A stretch of 64,000 nucleotides of DNA, from NCBI RefSeq assembly GCF_018977255.1, contig NW_024704743.1:22508001-22572000 (forward strand). The letters run 5' to 3'. The position numbers and the translations under genes were made by a program. The stretch comes from Callorhinchus milii (taxonomy: Eukaryota). Numbering within the stretch: the first letter of the stretch is position 1; every line of letters starts with the position of its first letter. The notes under the pieces were generated by a model that was not told the DNA's origin, did no database searches, and worked only from the letters and a program-made list of their open reading frames with translations. This document shows positions 52,901 through 64,000 of the stretch, piece after piece.

Positions 52901-55719
52901 GTACAGCCCCAACCTGGGCAGAGACGGTTAGCTGGCAAGGCCAGAGAGAGTCAGTCTATCAGTGAATCCATTGACTCACAAACACGCACATTTAGTTGGA
53001 TGAATTTTGGACCTGTTTCCCCTGCTTCCGTGGGGATGAAGGCCTACACTAAAAGTCTACCTGATCTGGCAGATGAGATCTTGGTTTAACACCTCACCTG
53101 AAGTACGGCACCTCCAGCAATGCTGCAATCCCCAAGCAATATCTGGGAATGTCAGCTTAGATTGTGAGTTCCAAGAGCCGATGTGAAGCTTGACCCTACA
53201 ACCTGCTGTCAGAGGCTACCAACTGAACCAGGCTGACACGCAAGTTAGTCTTATTTAAGTCAAGATTCCCTTTTATGTAACTATCAGTGGAGGAGGAGGT
53301 GGGTATGGACTCTCTTTTATATGGATCGCCAAATATAATTATCACCAGCAATTCCCCCCGGAATGCTGGAGATGATTGGGAGGTTTTGCACTCCATTCAG
53401 CATCTGCTGAGGCTGTTCAGCGGCTGGTGGAATCTGGAAATTGTCTGCAGGTTTGTTAAAACAAGGCCTCTGTTGATCTTATCCCATCAGAAGTACAGTA
53501 GTGACACAGGTTTGAGTGGGGAAATTCTCATACTATAGAACTACAAATATTCGCCCACAAACATAGTCAATTCACTTTACAGTATATTTTGTGAAGCGCT
53601 TTGAGACGCCTAGAAAACGTGAAAAGCACTATATCAAATCCAAGGATTATTATTGTTATAACTATTACCCCCAGCTCGAGTCCAAGTCCCTGACTGTCCA
53701 GCGCCTTGGGATGTCCTCCTGACGTGAAAGGCGCTATACAAATGTAATTTGTTCTTGTTGTTATTACACAGTTGTACTTGGGGTTTAGAATGGGCAACAC
53801 AGCTAAGTTCTGAAGTGGGTTTAGATATCCTAAAGCAAGTTGATGCCTTTCTTTGTGTGTTTTAAAATCCAAATTTACCATTTTTTTTTCAGTGTCCATG
53901 ATATTTATGTGCAGCTGGGACTTTAGCTGGCAGGGTTAACAGGAGCTGAGTGGAAGTTCAGCTTCAAGGAGACCCGGCTTACCTCTCCCCCACAAGGAGG
54001 CTAACCAGAAACCTGCTTAGCTGCCAGTCCCACAAATATGCTCAAAAGCCAGTTCTAGTATTGTGTTGTAATTGCATATTCGCAGGACTGGCAATGAAGC
54101 CAAGTGGGTTTGCTGATAGAAGAGTCAACAGCAACAAATTTGTATTCATATAGCGCCTTTCATGTTGGAAGGACTTCCAAAGCTGCTTGGTAATCTTGGC
54201 TTGGCACTCGAGCTGGGGGTAGGAGCCAAGAGGGGAAGCCAAGCAGGAGGGGATGTTGACCAAAAGTGCGGTCAAAGATGTTAAGAGGATGTAATAAGAA
54301 TAATACTTCTTGTATTTAGTATAGTACCTTTCACGTAGGGAAGCGCTTCACAGGATATATTGTAAAGTGTGTGTTGTGGGTGAACATGTTTCAAATGCAA
54401 TCCTGTTTTTCACAAATTTACCTATGCTTTTTGGCGTAAAGGTTTTCCCCCTATTTTCTCCTGTTTTATGGTAGAAATAATAAACCCTGGAAAACAAAAC
54501 ATACTCAGGCATTTTGTGAATTTAAAAACTGAAATTAATGGTCCTTGATAATAGTGTATAAGACATCTAGTGTGTACAACCTCATTAATCTTGAAGGTAC
54601 TTAGTGTTGTTAAATATTGTTAATGTCAAAATATAGTTATGACAGCACCGCAATTATTTACCAGAGCTGTTCACCCTGAAGAGAACAATCTGTTCAATTA
54701 TTTCCCTTTTGTGAAGCCCTTAATGATGTTAATTGGAAATGCGCTGAAGAAATGTTAATGTTTACTGTATAATAATCCTTACATTTGGTATAGCTCCTTA
54801 TCACATTGGAAGGGCATCTCGAAATGCTTCACAGGAATTACAGTGAAATGGAGTGACTGCTTCACTGTAGGCAAACGGGGTGGCACAAATGTGCAGAGTA
54901 ATGTCCCACAAACAGCCATGAAACGAATGACCAGTTTTATTTGGGGGTTTGTTAGCCAGGACACCCACCAGGAGAAACTCCCTTCTCTTTTTGAATACAG
55001 TAATGACCCCATCCCCAACCCCAGACTGGGCCTGAAACAGTTTTTTTTTTACAATACCTCAGGCCTGCCCGCGTATAGACTCCCGCTAACTGCCCACTTC
55101 TCCTAGCCTGTGCTCCTGCCTCACTGTTCTTGCTGGCCAGGGATATCAACTTTGACTCAGATTCAAGATATCTTATTTGATACCTTCTGATCGCAGGATT
55201 CAAACAATTATAATGCAATTATCCACCCCACCACACCCCCAATTGGTCCGGCCAGCTGGGGTTTTAGCGTATTTCCATGGGATCTTTAGAATCCACCTGA
55301 ACAGGCAGAAGGGACCTCGGTTTAACATCTCATCTAAAGGGCGGCACCTCCAACAGTGCAATACCCCCATCCCCAGCACTGCATTGGAGTGTCACCTTAG
55401 ACTACGTGAGTTCAAGCCCGACAATGAATTTGAGCCCACAGCCTTCTGACTCCGAGGTGAAAGTGCTACCACTGAGCCAGGATGACACACATGATTCTGT
55501 GATAGAGATCTTGAAGCATAATGTATATATATATATTGCTGGCACACAATTGAACAAAAAAAAGTTAATATTTCTTGGGTTTGCTTTTTTTTACACAAAA
55601 GAAAGATGTGTACAGAAAGGTGTGTGTAAAAAAAAACAAGTACAGTGTAAATATACTGGATAATTTGTCCTTTTCATTTCTTGGGGTAACGAGAGAAGTA
55701 CTAGTAGAGTTATGTATCG

Positions 55720-56076
55720 TATTGGTCAGACTACTCAGGTTGCAAACGAAAGGACCCGGGTTCGATTCCCTGGGAGGGCAAAACCTTAGGCAAGTTTCCT
55801 TACTCCACATGCTTCTGCTTATCTACCAGTAAGTAGGAACCCAATTGTTTGTCGATTGGCAGATTGCTTTCTGGGGGAAATAATCCCTTCAAAAATAATA
55901 ATAATAATTTGGGCACTCAATCCACGACTGTTTGCTGTCCACAATTGGCTGCCGCCTTTCACCCACAAAAATATACAGTCAATTCACTTCACAGTATATT
56001 CTGTGAAACGCTTTGAGAGATCGCAACGATGTGATAAGATGCTATATCAAATGCAAGGATAACTATTATTACTATT
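55720..56076 (+). mobile_element. tRNA-derived SINE, long subfamily
   Basis: B box GGTTCGATTCCC, central block, tail ending about 85 nt before the exon acceptor at 56160. Confidence 0.85.
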
Positions 56077-56159
56077 TCTGTTTCACGTGACTCGATGATA
56101 CGTTTTGCACCAAACCTTGTCACTACCCACTTTCATTAATCTTTTCTTGGTTTATCCAG

Positions 56160-56346
56160 GTGTCCTTTTCCTTGGTGAACACGAAGAAGAATATGTTTTC
56201 ACACTGCCTTGTGCTTATGCACGATCCATTTTAACAGTGCCCTGGGTTGAACTGGGGGGTAAAGTCAGTATTAACTGCGTCAAGACTGGCTATTCTGCTA
56301 CTGTCACATTCCACACCAAACCATTCTATGGAGGGAAGGTACACAG
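56160..56346 (+). CDS. OSBPL10: ORP10 ORD exon ([36 protein letters not shown]...KPFYGGKVH)
   Basis: tttatccag acceptor, CAG|gtaata donor, 187 nt, phase 1-2. Confidence 0.95.
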
Positions 56347-56608
56347 GTAATAAAAAAAATGTTTACTCTCCACTGAAGCAAATGCATTTTGTTTGGGTTG
56401 GAAAAACGATCCTTGTTGTAAATAATGCTAACCTTTGCATATTTGAGGTGCTTATTGAATTGTAGTTGCCAATTTTTATGGGAATATAATTTACTAATCC
56501 AGCACTTCACGTAATTTTCAGGTTTAGTGTAAATAATGATGCTGTTTTGCATGCTTTTTTGGATCATAATAATACTTACATTTGACATAGCACCTTTTGC
56601 ATCAGGAG

Positions 56609-56929
56609 TAATAATAATAATAATCCTTGCATTTGATATAGCGCTTTTCACATCTTCTAGACGTCTCAAAGCGCTTCACAGAATATGCTGTAAAGTGAAT
56701 TGACTGTATATTTGTGGGCGAACGCGGCAGCCAATTGCACACAGCAATGTCCCACAAACAGTCGTGGATTGAAAATGACCAATTTATTATTGTTTTGTTT
56801 TTTGGAGGGATTATTATTAGGCTCTGTGTGGAGTAAGGAAACTTGCCCAAGGTTTCGCCCTCTGCCTGTAATTGAACCCAGGTCTCTAAATTGCAAAGCG
56901 AGCGCTCTAACCACTGAGCTACAGGACCC
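56609..56929 (-). mobile_element. tRNA-derived SINE, short subfamily, nested in an older SINE
   Basis: Full copy; flanked by an older SINE tail (56567-56605) and head (56930-57055). Confidence 0.9.
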
Positions 56930-57196
56930 CAGCACTGCATTTGATGTGTCAGTCTAGAGACCTAGACTATATGAATTCAAAGTTCTATTATGGGGCTTGA
57001 TTCCACAAGCTTTTGACTTGGATGCTGGAGTGCTACCCACTGAGACAAGCTGATACATTGCCAGGCACTCTCATTCTCCTGGCGAAAGAGCAGTGTCTCG
57101 CAGCAAACATGTTTTCCAATGAGATGCTTGTACAATTGAACCTTAATGCTATAAAGATCAGAAACTCACAAAGACGTGCCAGATTCAGAGATCAAA

Positions 57197-57565
57197 AATA
57201 ATAATCCTTGAATTTGATAGAGCGCCTTATCACATCTTCTAGATGTCTCAAAGCGTTTCACAGAATATACTGTGAAGTGAATTGACTCTTAGTTTTGTGG
57301 GTGAAATGCAGCAGCCAATTGTGCACAGCAGTGTCCCACAAACAGTCGTGGATTAAGTGACCAAATTTTTTTTTAAAAAAAGGAATTATTAACCTTGGAA
57401 AAGCGATCGGCCAATCTGCTCACAACCAGGTTCCTACTCACTGCTAGGTAAACAGAGGCATGTGGAGTAAGGAAACTTGCCCTATGTTTCGCCCTGCTGG
57501 GAATCAAACCCAGGTCCTTTCGCTTGCGAGGCAAATGCTCTAACCACTGAGCTACAGGACTCCAC
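57197..57565 (-). mobile_element. tRNA-derived SINE, long subfamily
   Basis: Full head, central block and tail. Confidence 0.9.
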
Positions 57566-59662
57566 CACTAATGAAGTAGTTCAAATTGTACATACTTTGT
57601 GGTAACTAGAGAATCAACACTGAGGTCTCTGAATTAATGTTTACTTTTATTAAAAAAAAACTAATCCTGTGTTTCAGATAGGGAGTTCAATAAGTCTTCA
57701 TCATCCTATACAGTTGAGGTATAAAGGTGAAGCCAGGTACTTACACCAAAGAGACGTGCTGCTCTTTGCTCTGAAATCATCTGGTGGCTAATAGATCTGC
57801 TCTCCTTCCAGCTTAGACTTAGAAAGATCAAAAAAGGGGCATTTTTTTTGTTTACAGCAAGGGGAGGGGAAACTGAAGAAAACAACAACAACAAAATTAC
57901 ATTTATAGAGTGCCTTTCATGTCGGGAGGAAAATGTTGACTAATTCAAAATATGATTCATGAAAAAGATTCCGTTAGAGTAACTCGAGTCAGTGGAAGTA
58001 AAGCAGGGCTACCATTTATACATCTAAGGAAATTGGAGTTTGCTTGGTGTTTGCTTTATCCGTTTGCTGCCGATGACCATAAAAGTAGGTGTGATTTTCA
58101 ACGAGCATCTTGTGATTCACGATAGGATTGTGATAGTGAAAGGAGAAATGGCACCGGGGAATAAAATGGTATTGCATTGTACGTATTAATGCTATTTCCC
58201 ATTGAGTTTGTTCTGGGATAGGATTCAAGGACAGTCTCAACTTCTTCCTCTTTGTCCGCTCTTTCAGTCATCTTTCCTCTCCACAACCCCTCGGCTCCCA
58301 CTCCCAGCTCATGTGGTAAACCAGTATTTTTAAGAGCCTTGTGACTTCCTCCTGATATGATAGATGTTATGCAAATGTAAGATTGTATTATTTTGTGCCA
58401 GTTTCTAACATTACATTGACATATCTGTTCAACACTTATTTTTTGCTGAACTTAGCTTAAATAGTTAAGGACCTGTTCTTAGTTAGACATCCCTGTTTAC
58501 TTTCTAACATTGAGTCCTGGGCACTGGCAGCAACAGGGAACCACTTGCCTATGCATGAACCCACACCTGAGCAGTTTGTTATAACTTGTAACCTGTTTTC
58601 TAGCAGACCTTGCCTGGGCTTTGGAGGAAGTCTGGTCAAGCAGGATAGCAAAGCACAGCCAACATGGTGTGCAGTAACACCATCTTGTTCATATTGCAAC
58701 CATTAGAGGTAGTGCCGTAAACTAAAGTGTCCATTATAGATCTTGGAAAAGGATTCCGCTTATATTTAGATTGATTCAAATTTAGGTTGGGGTAAAATGG
58801 AAAAAGAGAGCTGGGAGTTTCGGTACGTAGTGGTGGAACTATGTTTGAAAGCTTCCTTTAACGGAAAATTTATTTTTAAGGACATACCCAACTCTAGCAG
58901 AAAAAGGGCAAACCATTCACTCAGACCCCTGTATTTAAACAAAGCCTGATTAATAGCCTGATTTCCAGGTTGTTCGGTTGCAGCTGCCTTTACTTCTTGT
59001 GCAGGATACTGTACATGCAGAAAGCACGGCTGACGTCACCCACAACCTCCGCTGGGCTGGCTCCGGCCTTCTGCATGTCCCTCGTGAGCTCCGTTCCACC
59101 ACTACGTACCGAAACTCTGGAACGCTCTTCCTCTATCCCTCCCCCTTGTCCCTTCCTTCCCTGTCTTCAGGTTGCGCCTGAAGACCTTCCTATTCGACCG
59201 TGCCTACAGTCACCTCCCCTCACCACGCAGCTTCCGCCACTGTCAAGGGTTCTGTGTTGCTAACCTGCTAAAGGGTGCTATATAAATGCAAGTTGTTGTT
59301 GTCACATCTTTCATGAAGTGATATCAGTAACTTGCGCATAGAAGTGCCACCACAGACACTCGCTGTGTCACTGATGTCACTTGTACGTGCAGCTTTGGAG
59401 GAAGAGACCTTGGTGGCAGTCTGATGACTGGATGTCGGCTATTTTTTATTGGGGGAAGCCAGACAGTCTGTGCAGGAAGTGCCAGGACGTGAGTTGAAAG
59501 TTAAATAAACTGCTGGCGTCTATCTACATTATGTATGCTCTACAGCAATCTTTGTCGTGATCTGAATGATGTCCTCTTTCAATCTGTTTCCACCAGTGAA
59601 AAATTTTGGTTACTACTCGGTACTTCTTAACTTGTCCTTCTTAACTTGTCCTTAACTTGCAG

Positions 59663-59845
59663 AGTTACAGCCGAAGTGAAGCATAACCCCACAAATACTA
59701 TTGTATGTAAGGCGCAGGGTGAGTGGAATGGAACCCTTGAATTCACATATAGTAATGGGGAAACCAAAGTGATTGAGACTACCAAACTGCCAATAATAAG
59801 AAAGAAAATACGGCCCGTTGAAAAACAAGGGCCATTGGAGTCTAG
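59663..59845 (+). CDS. OSBPL10: ORP10 ORD exon ([24 protein letters not shown]...KQGPLES)
   Basis: cttgcag acceptor, TAG|gtgagt donor, 183 nt, phase 2-2. Confidence 0.95.
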
Positions 59846-60763
59846 GTGAGTGCTGGCACTCGTTCTATTTTGATAAACACATCAGTGTTGCTGAGCTCCA
59901 TCAGGCGTTTCAGGTAACAATAATTTGTACTTATGTAATACCTTTCGAGTAGGGAGAACGTCTCAAAGCGTTTTACACAGATGGAGTGGGAGTCTGAGCT
60001 AAGAGTGAGGTGGAGGTAAGGGGAAGAGTCTGAATGCACAATCAAAGAAGTTATTAACTTGTTCGTCGGGGAGTTCCAGAGGGTTGGGATAAAGTAGCTG
60101 TAAGGTGATGATTTGGAGAAGGCGGGGGTGTGAAGCAAATCAGTGTTGGCAGAATAGAGGAAGTGGCCAGGAGAGAAGATTGCAGATGGAGGGTGGAGCA
60201 ATGCAATGGAGGCATTTACCTGTTGGCAAACCTTCTCAGTATTCTACCCCTATTTACACACATCTCGATCTTTCACTAAAATTCGCAACTATGAGAATAT
60301 CATGTTCTTAAGCTATTCCAAACTTCCCTCCAGATCAAACTATCTGGATTTGTCCTATTTTCATTGATGCTCTTGAAATACTGCTTCTTAATTCTTAATT
60401 CTGACCCAAGGATTACATTATACAATCAACATTATGCAATCGACATGTAGTGTTTTCTATGCATGTATAGGTATGACATCAGCTATGACATTCACTAATA
60501 TTGCACTCGTAGCACCTCTCTTCCCATAACACAGTATTTTTCTAGTTTTTCATAGATCTTGACTTGTTGCCCTTATAAATGTTTTGGAACGACAATAATG
60601 TTGTGCCTCTGGGCTATTCCACAGAAGACTGATTTGAAGTGAAACTTAAAATGGAGTGAAATATGTTTTTGGGTGGCGGAAGGCAAACTTAACATTTGTT
60701 TTTTATTTGATCTGAAATACTGGTCACTGAATTCCTGATCAGAATAATTATTTTCCTCTCCAG

Positions 60764-60917
60764 ACGCTTATGGCAGCATGTGACAAATGCACTGAAAGCT
60801 GGCAATATCGATGCAGCAACTGAGAACAAGCACCTTCTTGAGGAGCGACAGAGGGCAGAGGAGAGGCAGCGAGCAGCTTCAAGTACTGTTTGGAAAGCAA
60901 AGTATTTTCTAAAAGAG
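60764..60917 (+). CDS. OSBPL10: ORP10 ORD exon ([31 protein letters not shown]...WKAKYFLKE)
   Basis: ttttcctctccag acceptor, GAG|gtaaaa donor, 154 nt, phase 2-0. Confidence 0.94.
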
Positions 60918-61660
60918 GTAAAAGAAAAAAGTCCCTTTAACTTAATATTTCTGATAGTATATTCTGCATAAGCCACACTTACAGTACGAGCAAATGCAAC
61001 AAATCAAATCCAGAATTTGGGTGGGGAAAGTGCAGTGTTTTCCAAACATTGTTCATGGATGTGGTGCAGTGGACTTTATGAGGATTCCTAAGATCCTCCC
61101 TTCTGGGTTCCAGAATCGATTCGTTACAATTTAAAGTTTATCCTTTAACAAAAATGTTGTTTTTGTTGTATTTTTTTAGTCATTAAAATCTACTTACTCT
61201 CTGCAAGGGACCAATTACTTTTCTATGAACTTCTCCATCAATGCTACAATATCTTTAAAGAAATGATCATCATTTTTTCCCAGTAACCATTATTAATGAA
61301 TACTGTCAACATCTCCTTTCCCGGCACAGAGGTTCTGTTTTGCTAACGTGGGTTGTGTTCATGAAATCTTTCCTCTAACTCAACTGTAAAGCTAACATTG
61401 GACACAGAATAGGAAAGGTTGGGGTATTTCATACTTTGTCACAGAAAATATCATAAAGCCTTTTTGTGGGAAACTGAAACTTTTTACTGCATGTGATTCT
61501 GCGGCCTTAAAAAAATGGTAAAATAAATTTTCAATTGCGATGTCATTTATTTGATCTTCACTTGTGAGAATGTTTTATTGAATGCTGTAAAGTCTCTATT
61601 GTTGTTCCTACTGCACCCAGTTGTGTTGCTGATATAATTTCTTTTCAATTTCTGTAATAG

Positions 61661-61705
61661 GGAGATGGTTGGATATACTATAATCCTCTCTGGAAGATAC
61701 AGTGA
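61661..61705 (+). CDS. OSBPL10: ORP10 last coding exon (GDGWIYYNPLWKIQ*); absent from ORF track
   Basis: ttctgtaatag acceptor, phase 0, TGA at 61703-61705. GDGWxYxxPLWK is the typical ORP10/11 C-terminus. Confidence 0.92.
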   Translation, partial: GDGWIYYNPLWKIQ

Positions 61706-64000
61706 TGGCAAGCTGAGTTTACCTTTTGCCACCTACCTCAGATTTCATCCGTTTTACAAGTGTCATCTGCAAATAATTCTGAGGTGATGTTGAAACAACA
61801 AATACTGAATCTGGAAAGTGACTTCTCTTGTATAAAATAAACAAGAGGTTGTACAGAATAAGAAACTATATTGTTAAAGGGACATAAAATAGTTGCGGGT
61901 TCACAAAAAGAAATTTGATTGCAAAGTTTATTCAGGAATCTGTCTGCCTGTATATATGTGAACCCTGCATTGAAATGTTAATGATGGATGAAAAAAATGT
62001 TATTTTAATGTTTTAAGATTTTATATTTTTCACTGGTGAGGACTCTTTTTGCACCTAGATAAAGAAATGTGGCCGCTGGCAAATGTCAGTGTGGTCTTCT
62101 ATACATTGTAGGATTTGTGTGCATGGCACACAAGGCATTGTCAGGCATTGTAAGGCATTGTCAAAGTGTTTTAACGAAGGGTGGTGGGCAACACATTTTG
62201 CAAAACAGTTGAGCTAAAAATATTTCCTGCAATGGCAACACTACAGACAATTTTCTTGCCCCCCACCCCTTTACAGAATGTGTGGACCATTTACTGAAGT
62301 GACCTTCTTCATTTGCACACTTAATGTTGTTAGATGTCGTTTGTTTCATGAACTATTTTAAATAATAGTGGTTTCAAAACTCTACTGTGTATCTTCTGAG
62401 AAACAAATACATTTATACCAAGTGTTCATAACGATATTACATGAAAACAGTACACATTAGCTAAGTGAAAAGGTTTTGTGTAACCGATGTGTATAATCAG
62501 CATCACATAGATTCACTAAGATATGAACAATAGAAAACAAACTTTATAAAATTTTGGCATTGATTTATTTCCTCAAATCTTTATCATTAAATTCTTTCAA
62601 CCTGAGAAAAACACTACTATACATAACTGGACTGTTTAACTTTGTATTTTAACATTTTAAAAGCTCCTCCATTGTTGTGCTGTATAAAGGCATTGTTCAG
62701 TGTAGTACTAGACCATGAAGATTAGTCGCTGATCTCAGTCTGGGTAGTAGTTAGAACACTACAAATTCACCTCAAACCCTGGGCTAAGGAGGTGGAATAT
62801 CAGGCAGGTTTCTCATTCTTGATCGCTATCCAAATAGTGCTGCTATAAAATATGATTGTTGGGTAAAGGACAGGATTAGGTTAACTGTGATGAATAGCCT
62901 GCCAACAATAACTGGCAAGGCTCACCCTGAGATATTGAGAGGAGAGGAGGAGGGAAAAGGAGAATTAAAGGGGATGTTTTTGATTTTTTGAAAAAATGAA
63001 AAAAAAATTATCTGAAATTAAAACAGTCAAATGTTAACATGGCTTATTTGGCTTTTGTGGATTAAGTATTGTTTATAGTTTGGTATTCATAAACACTTTT
63101 AACAGATGACACCTGTACAATGAAAGATTCTTCTTTCTGTTTCCAAAAGTAGGCATTCTACCCACTTGGGTTCTGCGCACTCCTCACCTCACCAGTATAT
63201 GCACAGATTGAACTCCACGTGCTCCCACCCACGCAACAAGCACAGTAATGATTTTAGTGGTAACCAGTGCCAACCTATTGCCTGATCACTGTATGCACTT
63301 TGAGTAGAACATGTATTCTTCTGTGTACTTTGTCTTTTTGCCAACATTAATGTTTGATTCACAACATGCACTGTGAATATTAACAGTGGAATCACGCGAA
63401 AATATCCAAGCCATAACCAAGATAAGGTGTAGAGCAGATGTTCTTATTCTAAGGCAGGTTTCCTTTAAGTTTGGGGTTAAAAGTGTACACTTTGGATTGA
63501 ATTGGATCACCATTTGAAATATTTCCCCATGGCAGCGCCTGGAAAATGTAATTGTGCTTATGTATTGTTTCCAATGATTCAATTCAGTTTTCAAACTTGG
63601 AGAAAACCACAGAAGTAGAAATTGCCTTCAGTTGATTTTTTCATAGAGAGTATTGCAGTAGTCGAGAAGTCATGTTGAAAATCGCAGAATAATATGAGAA
63701 AATAATTACTTAAATCTAAGTGTATCATCATTCCAATCCCTCAAAGTGCTACAGTGGAGATTAGAGGCAGATGGAATGGAAGAGGCAGCATGAGTAATAT
63801 TCTAAATCTGATTTTTCTCAAAGCTAAAATAATTATAGTCTCTTTTGAAAAACAATTATAGAGGTGACCTTTCGTAATGCTAAATGGAATTGCTTTCTAC
63901 TGAACTTGTAGGAGGAAGGGAAGGTTGGTTTCTATGCCACAGTGATTGTCAAGAGTGAAAAGCCACAGCAATGTTGTATTAAATTGTTTGGATTTCAGCC
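61706..64000 (+). other. Probable 3' UTR of OSBPL10 (end not defined)
   Basis: Follows the stop codon; AT-rich and lacking the young SINE/L2 copies seen in introns. Candidate poly(A) signals: AATAAA 61836-61841, ATTAAA 62586-62591, ATTAAA 63978-63983. Confidence 0.55.
62670..62930 (+). mobile_element. Ancient SINE remnant (AmnSINE2-like) in the putative 3' UTR; second copy at about 48735-48975 (-)
   Basis: GCTGATCTCAG...CTACAAATT..CCTCA...CCCTGGGCTAAGGAGG...TGATCGCTATCCA; matches the reverse complement of the 48.8-kb copy. Family name from memory. Confidence 0.5.

Larger units (their letters stand above)
4519..61705 (+). other. OSBPL10: OSBPL10 (ORP10) gene, 3' part: seven coding exons, 5' exons outside window
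   Basis: Exons splice in frame (phases 1|0|0|1|2|2|0) into a continuous ORP protein with [19 protein letters not shown] and the [12 protein letters not shown] signature. EQLKNG in the first exon, [16 protein letters not shown] and the C-terminus NPLWKIQ* resemble OSBPL10 more than OSBPL11 (recalled, not searched). Confidence 0.85.

Overview
Eukaryotic (vertebrate) genomic DNA, most likely a cartilaginous fish. The repeat content (tRNA-headed Deu-type SINEs, L2 and CR1 LINEs) suggests a chimaera such as elephant shark; that assignment is inference. The window holds the 3' half of an oxysterol-binding protein-related gene on the + strand, best called OSBPL10 (ORP10). Seven coding exons were read directly from the sequence with canonical AG/GT sites and matching phases: 4519-4676, 23241-23387, 49444-49939, 56160-56346, 59663-59845, 60764-60917 and 61661-61705 (stop). 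A probable 3' UTR follows. The 5' exons (PH domain) are presumably upstream of the window. The introns (about 18.6 kb and 26 kb for the two largest) are full of SINEs, L2/CR1 fragments and small DNA transposons, and almost all entries in the ORF track are spurious or TE-derived. Most notable: (1) a candidate intronic alternative first exon/promoter that would splice in frame to give a PH-less short ORP10; (2) an unclassified 708-bp TIR element with a clean 6-bp target-site duplication and an internal minisatellite, inserted in a CR1; (3) a two-copy ~90-nt hairpin, one copy inside a Tc1/mariner-type MITE; (4) inverted SINEs bracketing one exon; (5) SINE subfamilies whose 3' loop matches the young L2 partner. 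I see no prokaryotic-type system (no CRISPR, no operons). TE boundaries are estimated by eye and approximate unless TIR/TSD positions are given.
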